DNA of 64,000 nt from Daphnia carinata (taxonomy: Eukaryota): NCBI RefSeq assembly GCF_022539665.2, contig NC_081331.1, positions 13,826,001 to 13,890,000 on the forward strand. Direction: 5' to 3'. Numbering within the stretch: the first letter of the stretch is position 1; the number at the start of each line of letters is the position of its first letter. Below the pieces are notes generated by a model. The model worked only from the letters and a program-made list of their open reading frames with translations. It did no database searches and had not been told where the DNA came from. Both the position numbers and the translations under genes were made by a program. This document shows positions 12,136 through 25,203 of this stretch, piece by piece.

Positions 12136-13753
12136 TTTTCCTTTTTTGTAAACACGTCTATAATTGACTCTTTAAATCTCGTGAACGATTTCAATGGAAT
12201 ATGTTATGTTAACACCGGAATACACGAATCTCGAATGCATTCCCATTTTACAATGTCCCTTTTTAATGTCTCGTTGCTAACTGAATTTAAAACACGATCC
12301 GCTTCATTAGTTTAATACCGGCAACCAGTAAAACGCACCATATGTCGAGGAGCTACTGTCATATCATCTTCGACAGATTTGATCGTTAGAATCCCTACGA
12401 TTTTCTTATTAATTCAGCATAACGCCAACACATATTTTTGTGCCATTAATTATAATCGGTGATAGACGGTGATCGTGTCATCAATGCAAAGTCATAAAGA
12501 GTTGGTCAAGAACTGATTTATCAGGCTTCAAACATTATTGACTCACGCGGCTGCTATTACTCCCGGTCATTCACATTCAACAGGCCTTTACATTGTAACG
12601 CCATCTATTGAATCACGACTTCTTCGCATAGCCAACTTTCATTTCTACACCTTCTGGGAGGTTAATTCCGAAGTCACATGATTGCCTTTCTCTTTTCATA
12701 CGGAGATTTTGACTAGCACGTATCGGCAAAACCGGCTCTATCGCTGAGAACTAACGCGACTGCTAATGAGCTACAATCACGATTCCCTTATTCGGCATTG
12801 ATTATTTTTTCCTACACGTTGTTGCTTATGGAACAAGGCAAAGGTTCTGTACTTGAATTACGGATTCTACGGAATACCCTCATAAAAGACGTAACTAAAC
12901 GGCTAGTTGCAAAGGGTGGAACCAGTCCAAGGACAGGGCAGTGTTTAAATGTCGGTAGACGTTGATCTTGAACAATAATAATAATACGATAACACAAAAC
13001 AAGGAAGTGTGAAGCTATGGAGCTTCAACAGACAAATCCCTTCGACATAGTTTTTAGCATTTACCTCGTTGCGCACGCCATTTATGTACATCAGAAGACA
13101 TACTTGAAGGTCTTTAAGTGAACGTCGTGTCCTTCTTGACTTCCACAAGCCGATAATCCTCTTACGCTGAGGAAACTCTATTAAGGAAGATGCTAAATCA
13201 TTCTTTATTCTATTGTAAATAAAACTGCATCATCATCAATTGGAAGCTTAAAATAGACTAATAAACAATCGGGAATTTAAATGGGATCCCACCAAACGTG
13301 CCTCTAAGAATAGCCTTCATGTATCATCACTCATTGTAACGAATGTAAAATTAAATTTTGATGGTTGCACTGGCAATAGAATAAAATGTAATCGATTCAA
13401 TGTCACGAGACATCATCGGAAACTACAGAAACAGGAATACCTTGATGAGAACCTCCTTGTTGGTATCGAGATTTTTCATGCTGGTAACTCAAGTGAAAGA
13501 CTCGCCCGGCTCTAGTCATCGTGAATCTCTACTTGGCCCGCAGAGACATTGACTTGCCCGCAGCTGATGACCACACCCGAGTTAAAGTAGCCAGTTTTGT
13601 TTCCGTTGAAGGTTAAAGTTTGCGAAGAACTAAACTGGAAGACACACCCGATATACTAGTCACGGGTATAAAAGAGCGTGCGGGATGATCTGAAATTCGA
13701 ACAGACTCTTCCGTCTCCAACCGTTCAACGATTCTCTTCAACTCTCCATCAAC

Positions 13754-14179
13754 ATGCAAATGGCAAGTTTCATTATTCTTAAACCATTTATCTAAAATAA
13801 AAAGTTACTCATTCCTTTAAAAAAAATGTAGATCGCCGTCCTCTTGGTTTGCTTGGCCGCTGCCAACGCTTACGTTATGCCAGCCAGTTACATGGTCCGC
13901 ACTCCGGCCCATGACAGTGCCATCATCAAGTCTGACCGCCTTGGAGGCAATTTTGCTTATTCCACCGTTGAAGGACACGCCTATGCCGCCGTCACTCCCG
14001 TTGTCCAGCGCGTCCTCTCACCTGTCGGAGTCTCCCATCACGCCATCCCTACCCCATATTTTGGCTATCCTTATGCCCCCCAGTTCGTCGCTCCCGTTGA
14101 AACTGGCAAGGCCGTCGAGACCGCTAAAACTCTTCCTTTGACCTACCCTTACGCTGGATATCCCCTAGTTGTTGCCTAA
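13754..14179 (+). CDS. Family B protein B2. Exons 13754-13762, 13832-14179 (GC-AG intron)
   Basis: MQM|IAVLLVCLAAANA; DSAIIKSDRLGGNFAYSTVEGHAY core; distinct C-terminus; TATAAAA at ~13667. Confidence 0.88.
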
Positions 14180-14909
14180 ATTAAGACATGCCGAGATGTA
14201 CCGTGATTTTCTGCTGATTCGCACTACAATACAAACGTTTATCATACATTATTCAAAAGCGGTTTTGCATATGGCTGAAGGCAATGGCCGATGACTGTGC
14301 CATGAAATGTTCTATCTACGAAATCTAGGAAAGGTAATAATTCAAATTTGCGAGTTACGCATGACAAAGAACATGAATAGATGATTCTGCAGTTTTACTA
14401 GGCATGTATACATGCCCAATTTTTTATTATTGCATCTCATTTCGTTTGAATGACAAGACGAAAGATCAACGTGAACATGTTTGCAGCACGCTTTGATTGC
14501 TTTATATAGGTATATGATAATCAATCTGTCTTGATACCGAAAGAGATGTCTGATCTTTTTTGGGCCTAGACATCGCATGGAAATTTGGATGTCATGATGA
14601 ATGATTTATAGCGGGCAGAGGTTCTGCTTTGTTTGGTTTTTTCAATACTATTAGTTAACGTTCATTTTAAATGTCCCAATCTCAGATCTTTTCATATAGA
14701 TCCACAAAAATTAAACGTGATAGCATTGGTCAAATTTCACAGAATAATTTTCTGCTGAAGTTGAGGTTTGATAAAGAATTATAGCTTCACTGAAGCTTTA
14801 TAGTAATGACCATTTTTGAATGCAGTTTTTTTTTTCGGAAAATTCGTGTGTATAAAAAAATCTCAATCAACAGGACAAGTTTAAATTTTACATATCAATT
14901 GCGTCTTAT

Positions 14910-15324
14910 TTATGCAACGTAGATAGCCTGTCCAGCCTTAGCGTCAACTTGAGCGGGAGCTACGAACTGGGGGCCATAAGGATAGCCGAAATATGGGGTG
15001 GCGATGGCGTGATGGGAGACTCCGACAGGTGTGAGGACGCGCTGAACGACGGGAGTAACGGCAGCGTATGCGTGTCCCTCAACGGTGGAGTAAGCAAAGT
15101 TGCCTCCAAGACGGTCAGACTTGATGATGGCGCTATCGTGGGCCGGAGCACGGACCACATAAGAGGCCGGGAGGTAGAAAGCGTTGGCGGCGGCCAAGCA
15201 AACCAAGAGGATGGCGACCTAACATTCGAAAAGAATAAACATTATTCTTTCTATTAAATGGTTTAGAGAAAAAAAAATCAAGTTCAATTGGGTACTTAAA
15301 GAAGAATAGACTTACAACTTGCAT
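14910..15324 (-). CDS. Family B protein B3. Exons 15324-15316, 15218-14910
   Basis: MQV|VAILLVCLAAANA; same core motif; GT-AG intron; TATA at ~15407-15414. Confidence 0.9.
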
Positions 15325-17084
15325 GTTGATTGAGGAGAGAGAGAGTGATGTCCGAAAGACAGAGAGAATGTGTGTGTGTGGTGTTTTGAGTTTCTTCCCG
15401 TTCCGCTTTATATAGCGCAAATCTTGATGGGACCACACCCACGGTTGAATCTCTTTCCGAATCCTGAATTTTCAAGGCCAGCTTTTCATGGCTGTCGTTA
15501 CATCTGCACGTCTTCCCATACCCTCAAGTTCATTTCTTTTATTTTTTCCGTATCTTCTAGCCAAGCATGTTTGCTGACAACGCTGGATTTATTTGGCTTT
15601 TAATCAAATTGAAAAGCTCTTCGTTAGCAGTGAAGATAAATGTTGACCAGACAAACGGTTGCTATTTTACCGCAGCTACGTTTCATCTTAGAACAATTTT
15701 TTAAGTTGCCGAAAGAAGTTGGTAAGATTGCGGTTGATGCCGCTCAGTGTACTCAACAAGGCCATTAACATTGCGGAACCATTAGCAGGGCTATTCCGCC
15801 AATGCGGAAACCGGATGCTTTTAACTAGTTGGACAATGTTTTTTTGCATTGTTATGCAACAAGTAATGGTGAAATGCATCAAGTGGTTCCGTACAAGCTT
15901 CACTACTTTTTGTTCATTTCCTTTTGTTAAATTGCTGGAACTTTGTAATGTTTGCTGTTGTTACATTAAAAACGTTGGACAGTTGAAGAAAATAAGCATT
16001 TATTCTGGGAAATTGTTAAGTAGCATTAGTGCTACGTGTTCAATTCTTTCTTTAAATCAGAGGCTTCTTTGAAGTCCTAAATCGAATGGAAACCTTGACA
16101 AGGGCTTATCTGCAAAGACTCACGCGAGCATTCGACGGGTTGTATTCACATTGATTATGCGTAACATCCGTCACCGCAAGGTGCCCAATTTTCACCATAC
16201 ATGGAACACAATAGAATATAGAAAAAATTCAAACTTACCGATAACACGCAAAGTCACGTAAAAACCAATTTCTTTTTTTTAATTTAAATTTCGTTATCGG
16301 TTTGGATAGGGAAATGTTCGATGTCAGTCAGACAGTGAAGACGTGAATCATTGGACTAAACCGACAATCATCATCATCATCAACTGCGATCCGTTACAAG
16401 AAAAATTCAAGGTGCCTTTCAAAATTGTGATTTGTGAGTGAACTTTTGATGGCGTTTCATTTGCAACGTGGCTGACCGCGATAGAAAAACAAGGAAAATC
16501 GAATAATAATCAATGTTCGAGACGATGCCCGAGTGTTACAAAGCACCTTAGGCAGGATGGGGAGGTTTCTGGATCGTCCAACTCGTCCCGCTCCGGGACA
16601 CGAATGGCATTGAACGTGAGTGATGTGAAGACCATTTGATAACAACAACAACAAAAAAAAACAGCAAAAGTAGATAGGATGGCAAGAGAAATAAAAAAAA
16701 GTGCATTAAATTCAAATAGATAACAGCAAGCGAAAGGAAAGAAGAGCATTCACGTTTTTCTCTCGACAGCCTGCGATGCGCATCAGTTTCGTGCAACAAC
16801 AAAAAAAGCAGAGCAGCGCTCTATTTTACCTATATGGAAATAAAACAGGACCACACCCTGAGTAATATAGAGACTCTGAAAGCGAAGGTGCGAGAAGCTC
16901 CGCCTTTAGGTAGAATTTCATCTGATGCAAACGTTTTGGCTTTAGCTCTGCAAAAGGTAACAAGCGAATCTTTAAGGCCACACCCGGAAGTCGCCCTGGA
17001 GTATATAAAGCGGAACTGTACACAGACGAAACACGCATTCACGTCCTAGTTTTTTAACGTTCTTCCAAAACCTTCTCAATCAAC

Positions 17085-17475
17085 ATGCAAGTCGTAAGTA
17101 CCTTCGATTTTTTCCTATTCTAATTACTCCAACATTTTTCAATGTTGAATTCATTACTTTACAAAGATCGCCGTCCTCTTGGTTTGCTTGGCCGCTGCCA
17201 ACGCTTACGTTATGCCAGCCTCTTATTTGGTCCGCACTCCGGCTCACGACAGCGCCATCATCCGCTCTGACCGTTTGGGTGGCAATTTCGCTTACTCCAC
17301 TGTTGAGGGACACGCATACGCCGCCATCACTCCAGTCGTCCAGCGCGTCCTCACCCCCGTAGGAGTTTCCCACCACGCCATCGCCACCCCATATTTCGGC
17401 TATCCTTATGCCACTCAGTTCGTAGCACCCGCTCAAGTTGACGCTAAGGCTGGACAGGCTATCTACGTTGCATAA
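17085..17475 (+). CDS. Family B protein B4. Exons 17085-17093, 17167-17475
   Basis: MQV|IAVLLVCLAAANA; same core motif; TATATAAA at ~17002. Confidence 0.9.
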
Positions 17476-19174
17476 ATGAGATGTTGACTCGCTGTCTTGT
17501 TATTGTTGTTGATTGAGATTTGCATATAAACGTTTCTTGTTATACCGAATTTTTGTCAGGATTTATTTAAATCACAAGCGTTGCGTATAAATAATTGAGT
17601 AGCTTAGCTATTGGCATAATTCTTCCTTCGACGCTGAACATAATCGCCAATTCGTGATGTCAGACAAGACATGAGTTATAAATAAAATGAGAAAAGCCAA
17701 AGGCATTTCTGGCTATATCTTTCTTTACTCGTTTTCTATTTTAAACATAACTAATAGCTTTTTAATGCAAAAAAAAAAAAAAAAAAAATAGTTGAGAAGA
17801 TTTCTAAAAGTGGAATGACATGTATGGCCATAACCTTGAAACAAAACTCTTTTGAGATTCCTTGCGAGTTTCGAACCCGCATCGTGTGCTTTGTTTGATG
17901 ACCACACCCGGACTCATCCAGCCCATCTTGTTTTCTGGCAAGGCCATTCATGTTGACGTCCAGCGATGATATCCAAAAGGAACTAGACGAATCAAATCGC
18001 ACTCGTATCGAAATCATCAACAAGAATTTTTCTAAGAAGAGGAGTAAAAGAAACGCGTTTTGGCCATCCTGTTTCGTGATGCCCGCCGATTTTAATCGTC
18101 AATGCAATGCATACTTAAAAAAATTATAAGACCCTCCATTCAAAAACCTGGAGGAATCTTTATTTTGGATGGAGAGCCGACGGCGGTATTTTTCTTGCTT
18201 TGATTTGCATACACGATGGCACAATAATTAGCCGCAGTTGTATATTATCGTGAGCACCTTTCTTCTAGCCATATGCAGAACTCTAAGCTCGTCCATACGA
18301 ATCATTTTTAGGGATTTAACTGGGGATTTTAACAATGCCGAAAATGCCCGTGTCATCACGGTTCAGCGAACTCGTCATAAATAAGAATTTATTTTTGAAA
18401 TTACCGCCTTTCTTTTCTAACGTTTACTTCGTGACGCAGCCAAAAATAAGAAAGAAGCTTAACACTTTATTTTTTGTTAGCTTCAAACGAATCACTTGCG
18501 TGACCTTGGCCCTCACCTTTTGGTACGAGGCAATCAGTGAAGGTGTCACAAACATCTTTAGACGTCAGGGTCCCGATATCACGCACGTCTCAATAGAATT
18601 TTGTGTGTATTATGAATGTACCAAAAGGTCATCGACCACGGGCTTTAAATATTCAAATGTTTCGGGTCTTCACTTGACCCTTTGTGATGTTGCCACACGA
18701 AAGGGTTGCATTGTCCAACGGTACATTAATTACAGTAAGCCATTAGATTTTTATATACCCCCCCAATGTTGAAAGCTCGTAAATTTCTTCAGCAAACACG
18801 GAAATATGCTTATAATGTTGATGGCCATGATTATCCGTGATGATACAGCGGCTACCCAAAACATATTTTTCGATAGAAAAAAAAGGAAGAAGCGACGTGC
18901 TTGCGTCATTTTCAGCTTGCATATATAAGTCTACGTCTTGGCAGATGAACCTTGTCAGTCCACTTTCTCCGTTAAAACCAGCCACCGGTGCTACCGCATA
19001 CACAAAACACAAGGTAAAAGAAGATTCACCTGTCCCTTATTTTCTTTAGTCTTGTTTCGACCGTTAGACGGAACACACACAGAGTCGATTAACTCGTTCT
19101 TTCTTTCATCGTGATTCAATTCGTTTTTCTATTTTCAATCTGTTTTTGAACTGTTCCATTTGGACAATCGTCAG

Positions 19175-19897
19175 ATGACATCGATTGTGATTTTCTCAAC
19201 TGGACTGCTGTTGATGATGAAGCTGACATCTTCCGTGGCCTACCCAGCGCGTTATTACAGCCCACGATTGTCCCATTACGATCCGGAATTCGATTCGATG
19301 GACTATTACGTGCCGTACTACGCTCGCCCTGCGCAATCGAGATCGTTCGAAGATCATTATTACGAGCAGCCTTACCAAGTGTCGCAATGGCCGGGTTTGC
19401 TTTATGACGAATGGTTCAAGACGCAAGGACAACGCAGGCAGGAAATTAAAATGAGGCATAACGCTGAATCCATCGTCAGTCGTCAAGGTGAACCCATTCC
19501 AGGAGCTTACCTCGTTCCAGCTAACGTCAACGGTGCATTCGCTGGACCTTTGGCTGTCGTTCCGGCTCATTACGGAGGTGCTGGAGCTGTGACCAATAGC
19601 GGCTCACCCGGAGCTCAATATCTTGCCATCATCGACGGGCCCAATTGGCCGTTCATCGGCCGTCCGAAGGGCAACCGTGTTGCTATTAAGAAATCGCAAG
19701 CTTCAGACACTGATTACGTTCCAAGCACAGACGGCCCTAACTGGCCGTATATCGGGGTCAACTCTCCAAACGCCGAGAGCCGATCTTCCATCCCGACGGA
19801 TTACGATGAGCAAGATATCGATTATGCGTCTTACTTTCCTATCGATTATCCGGTGATGTACAATCCCAAGGATAGCTACCTGTATCATAACTATTGA
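19175..19897 (+). CDS. Secreted Tyr/Pro/Asp-rich protein (putative cuticular); non-coding first exon ~18955-19012
   Basis: TATATAAG at ~18922, TCAGTC initiator at ~18955, donor AAG|GTAAAA at 19013, acceptor CAG|ATG at 19174. Signal peptide MTSIVIFSTGLLLMMKLTSSVA. Confidence 0.8.
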   Translation: MTSIVIFSTGLLLMMKLTSSVAYPARYYSPRLSHYDPEFDSMDYYVPYYARPAQSRSFEDHYYEQPYQVSQWPGLLYDEWFKTQGQRRQEIKMRHNAESIVSRQGEPIPGAYLVPANVNGAFAGPLAVVPAHYGGAGAVTNSGSPGAQYLAIIDGPNWPFIGRPKGNRVAIKKSQASDTDYVPSTDGPNWPYIGVNSPNAESRSSIPTDYDEQDIDYASYFPIDYPVMYNPKDSYLYHNY

Positions 19898-20927
19898 ATT
19901 TCCTTCAACCGCTAGCCATTGGTATGTTGAATCGCGTAATATGTCTTCGGATGATAGAAGAACGCTTCAAGGCTGCTGTGAAAAAATTCGCTTATCTCGG
20001 AATTGTATTTATTATTATTTAAATCTCGTGAATTTGACATTGCATGCGGGTGATTTTTGCTTGTGAGGCCAGCTTCGCTTTATCTGATGTTGGGAAGGCT
20101 TTGTCAAATATGCGACTTATTTTTTATTTTTCGGGGTGTTATTTGTTGTCAGCAAGACATAAAAACTGTTTCCGGGATGATGCAACTTCTTTTAACTAAT
20201 TATTTATTGATATTGAATTGTGGCCAAAAAAAAAAATACACGTTGAATCCGAAAGAAATAATGTTTTTAAGTGATTTCAGATAGAAATGTTTGAAAAGAA
20301 TGGGAATTAGTTATAAAGAAAATATAAAGGAATTTTTAAAAAATGAGGAAGAAACAACGTTTGGCTTTAGTTCAATTTTGATTGATGGACGAACATATAA
20401 CTATTGTTGCGATTAAGACCTGGGAACCGCCCTAAACTAAAGAAAACCGGATAGCCACACTCTTCCTCATCCTTCCATCTCGAAGAAGAAGAAGAAAAAA
20501 AAACGAAGGTAAAACTAGAAATGGAGCGATGAAAACAAAAGTAAATGGTAACGTGAGGAACGATGGTTAACACATGGACGAGTTGACCTTGCCATGCGGG
20601 AAGACTCCAGAAGCTTCACAATTCAAGATCAAGGGCGATGCCTTGGACGAGCGAATATCATTAATTGGGCGGGGTCCCCTCCCTTTGGTTTCCCCCCCCC
20701 CCTCTTTTCGTACGGGAGGTGGGGGAGGACGAGAGATGGATGTGAAGACTGTGAGAAAAACATACGGAGTGTCCAGCAGAATCTATTCTTTCCGTCTCCA
20801 AGGTTAGCAACTGGAAGACTTCCTACGCCCATCGCGACTGCTCGTATAAAAACGGATGGCGAATCCAATTTCAATCGTCAGTTACCGACGAGTTCTCTCA
20901 GTAAAGTCTTCTCAACTCGAAAAAAAC

Positions 20928-22422
20928 ATGAACCCATTGGTAAGAGACGCTTAGTAAATTCAACCTCGTGAAATCACTTTGATTTCACACCATAAAATCA
21001 AAAGTTTGATGAATATTTAAAGACTCAACGTTCTTCCATCCTTTGAATTTTTCTTCTTGATAATTATTATATGATGGCGTTATGTTTCATATTTTACAGA
21101 TCTTGGTCACCCTTTTGGTTGCGGCCGCTTCGGCAGCACCTACCAATTTGGTCAATCCCGCCGTGCCATGCGCTCACGGAGTTGCCGCTGTGGCTTACGC
21201 CGCTGCCCCGGTTCCGGCTGCCCTGACATACGTCGTCCCTGAGCCCGTACAGGTTGCTGTTCAACCCCAAATCACCTACGACTTCCCAGCACCAGTGTCA
21301 GCTCCTGCTCCTGCCCCAGTTGCCGTAGCTGCACCTGCACCCGTTAAAGTTGAGTATGACTTCCCTGCTCCCGTCTCGGCTCCCGCACCCGCGCCAGTTG
21401 CCGTTGCTGCCCCAGCTCCTCTCGTTTATGCTGCACCTGCACCAGTTCCCGTAGCTGCCCCAGCTCCCGTCAAGATCGAATATGACTTCCCTGCTCCCAT
21501 TTCTGCTCCTGCACCTGCCCCAGTTGCTGTTGCTGCTCCAGTTGTCTACGCTGCACCTGCTCCAACCAAGGTGGAATATGACTTCCCTGCTCCCATTTCG
21601 GCGCCTGCCCCTGCACCAGTTGCTATTGCAGTTCCTGCTCCCGTTGAGGTTGTTAAGAACACCATCGAGTACGACTTCCCTGCTCCCATCTCCGCACCAG
21701 CTCCCACTCCCTACGTAGCTGTTGCTCCAGTTGCTGTAGCTGCCCCTGCTCCTGTTAAAATCGAATACGATTTCCCTGCTCCCATCTCAGCTCCGGCTCC
21801 GGCCCCAGTTGCCGTTGCTGCTCCAGCTGTCTACGCTGCACCTGCCCCAGTCAAGGTTGAGTATGACTTCCCAGCTCCCATTTCTGCTCCAGTCCCAGCT
21901 CCCGTCGCTGTTGCTGCCCCAGCCCCAGTCACTTACGCCGTTCCAGCACCAGTCCAGGTTGCAGCTCCAGCTCCAGTTCAGGTCGCTGTTGCACCAGTTC
22001 ATGTTGTCCCTCACGCCTTCGAGACCCGAGTTCACTACGCCGAGACCCCCGTCGTCGTCGGACAACACACTCAGATCATGAAGCCCAACTTGGGTGCTGG
22101 TGCCCACGTTACCAACTATGACTTTATGGGACTCGCTCAGACCAAAGGAGCCGCCCAGGAATCCTACGTCCAGAAATCGAAAGTCTTGGCCCCGGCTCGC
22201 AGCGTCTCCGAGATTACTCCACAGGTGACCGTCCAGCACCCGACCAAAGTCAACGTGGAAAAAGTGGCCGTCGATGTGCCCGTAGCCGCTCCCTACGCTC
22301 AGCCCGTCCCTGTTCCAGTGGCTCCTCAATACGAAATCCACCAATACCATCACGCCGTTGCCACTCCCGCTGTCCATATGGTCAACGGTGTTCCATGCGC
22401 GGAACACAAGAAAACCTATTAA
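20928..22422 (+). CDS. Family A protein A2 (7 YDFPAP repeats). Exons 20928-20939, 21100-22422
   Basis: [17 protein letters not shown]- and C-terminal regions nearly identical to A1; TATAAAA at ~20846. Confidence 0.92.
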
Positions 22423-23244
22423 ATGAAATCGACTAGGTTGCCATCTCGCATCTCCACGGAAGCTCATAAAATTTATGAATGATTTGATACGATCAAATTT
22501 TGCTATGTTAATACCGAAATACACGTTGTGATAGTTATTTTCTTCTTGTTTACTGCTTTGGAACAATTTGCTGCCCCCGTCGACCTGATTTACAGTAATG
22601 CCAACTCTACAGGTAAACCGTACCGGCTGTCCTTGGTGGTAACCAGTTAACTGATTAAAAGAAAAATTGCATATAGCAACAACTGAAAGGAAAGGAACGA
22701 TACGTTCCCGTTGATTGGGAGTTGTCCAGTTATTACTTGGCCTTCACAGCTTCAAGTTTTCATGACTTGTCATTTAACAATCGCAGTTCTTTACAAGCAC
22801 TTCAAGCTGCAATCAAAAATCCAGTTATTCGCAACTATTGTCTTAACCCTAAAGATTGAAAGCAACACTCACAGCAAATGAATTTTGTTTATTCTGCGGA
22901 AAATTCACGCAATGTGCACGATTATGAACGATGAAAGCTTTGCGTTTGAAGATTCGGGATTGGTGGTTTTCAAATAAACGTGACTGTATGAACATTTCCA
23001 TCGTGCACTCACCGTGTATTATTACTTTTGATACGCCCTATCGAGCGCAAGAACTTCCACAAAAACAACAGCGCCGTGAGCATACACTTAGCGGGAAAAA
23101 AAATGAGTTTCGAATTGCTCGTCTGCAATAGAGCGTTCACCATCCAACGTACTGTATAATAACGATACGTGTACAAAAGAAGACGATCAGTCGGTTTCCT
23201 TAATTCTTGTCTTCCGGTTCCTTTTCTTTCACCCCGAACAAACA

Positions 23245-23701
23245 ATGAAAACCATTTTGGCAAGTCTATCCAACGTTCGTTTAAAATCCCACACTAATTT
23301 TTAAAAAAAAACGTATCGTGTAATTCATTTTCTAGGTGTTTGCATGGTTGACGTGCTTAATGATTTGTGTTGCATCTCCGGTAAGGAACTCACCATTGAT
23401 CTACGCGTATGGAAGTGAAGCGGAATCAATGACAAGGTGGGATACTGAACGATCGAGTAAAACAGCGAAAGGTGTGCAAGACGAGCAACGGCCTGCATTT
23501 AGACACTCTCAAATTGTTAACGTGATTGCCCTACCGGAAACAGAGCATCGCCCTCAGCAAGTGACTCTTCCGCAATCGCCCTATTGGTACCAACACTATT
23601 ATTACGTCAGCTATTTTCCACTTCCTAATCATAATGTATCACCTTATTATGACTCTTATTGGCCCGGTTTATTTACATTGTCTCTCTATGATTATTTTTA
23701 A
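23245..23701 (+). CDS. Small secreted Tyr-rich orphan protein. Exons 23245-23259, 23336-23701 (GC-AG intron)
   Basis: MKTIL|VFAWLTCLMICVASP signal peptide; ACAATG start context; TCAGTC initiator at ~23187; Tyr-rich C-terminus. Confidence 0.7.
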
Positions 23702-25203
23702 AAAATACAAATTTAAATACTTTTACTGTCGTTGTATTGCAAAATGAATTAATAACTAGGCCCACAAGTTCTTTCGTGCAGTGCGCTTCTGCCTTAGTCC
23801 TTTTTTTTTATTATTAAAAAAAAAAGGAAAACAGGAAGTCACCAGTGTTCGTCCGTCCATGAGCTGGTTGCGTCTGAAAAATGATGGCGGTCATCTATTT
23901 TGATAAAAACATGGCTGCTGGTACGTTTCCGAAATGGAATACAGAGCCAGTTGTTGAACAACGTAATGACCATCGCTTACAGGTGGGGAAATGAGTTTGA
24001 ATAAGAACAGACTTTCTCAAGGACGCCGTGTTGGCTGAGTTGCCATCACGTCTTATTGCTTTTTGCGGTTTCAACAGCTACATGGTTTTTATTTGAAAAG
24101 AGGAAGAACACGAAACCACCGATTCCTCCATAAGCTACAACGTTTCGATTATGTATTCTTCAGCAGTCTGACATGTACGCAATATTTTGTACGGATACAA
24201 CAAAAGTTTGCGGTTTTTTAAACTAACAAGATCAAATTTTATATATTTTTCTTACATGTTTGTTATTCTGATCTTCTTCCATCACCTGAGGAGGAACGTG
24301 AGTCGTCTTGAAGGCTCAAGGTCGACGAAGAAGAAGAAACCAAGCGCTTATTTTTTTTTTTGCGAGCGTGAATCATGCTGCTGTGTTATTGCAGTAAATG
24401 ATGAGAAAAGTTGGCCAACACCCGGATGTTCTTTCCTAAGGGCGTCTTTTTTTTTTTTCACAATATAATAAGTTGATCTTCAACCTTTCTCTTTCCCAAA
24501 CATCTTTTTTTATTTCTTTTATTTTTTTGCCATGTGCCCCGATTGTAAAGCGATCCGCCCTGTCTATCTTCCTCACGTCGTGCAAACGGCGTCAAGATAA
24601 ACGCATCGAAAAGAAAACTCGTTTTTCAATGTATGCAAATGTCAATTGCCAAGGTTAAACGCCGGCAAACCGGTGACGATGGGTGTGGCCAAATAACGTG
24701 CGCTTCTTTCTGCACCCGCTGCGCATGTAAATAAAAAAATAATGAAATGCTTTTGTTTTGGCCTCTGTCAATGTCGATCCCTTCGGTGTTGCAATGTACA
24801 AGGTTAAATTTCGTCGCGAGTCAGTTAAAAAAAAAAAAAAGGTCTGCACGTGAATAGTCTCATATTGGCGCCGTGAAAAAAGGTAATTACCATAAAGATG
24901 ATATACGTGACCATCTACCGCATAAGACTTGTTTGGAGATATGAAAATATGAAAATGTTTGGAAGAAGACGATAAAAAAACAAAGCGGGAGGTCTTCCTT
25001 CCTCTTACAAATTTAGTGTTACCAATTAAACGGGCTATTTTGTGTTTAAACGAAAATGAAAAATTGCAAGGCTCACCTTGTCCGCTGGGAAGTAAAACGC
25101 TTGGCTGGCCGTAAAGCGTCCAGTATAAATATGGTTGGTGAGCATCTTCGAACAACGAGCCACTCTTCCAACTCACTTCGTACCGGGAATAACACCAGTG
25201 AAC

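Noticed and set aside
17860..17882. GCGGGTTCGAAACTCGC T-arm-like hairpin on the minus strand
   Set aside because: No matching A box or D arm and no anticodon arm at the correct spacing
21260..21900. Regularly interspaced GAGTATGACTTCCCTGCTCCC repeats with variable spacers, superficially CRISPR-like
   Set aside because: They are in-frame peptide repeats in a spliced eukaryotic gene, the spacers are related to each other, and there are no cas genes
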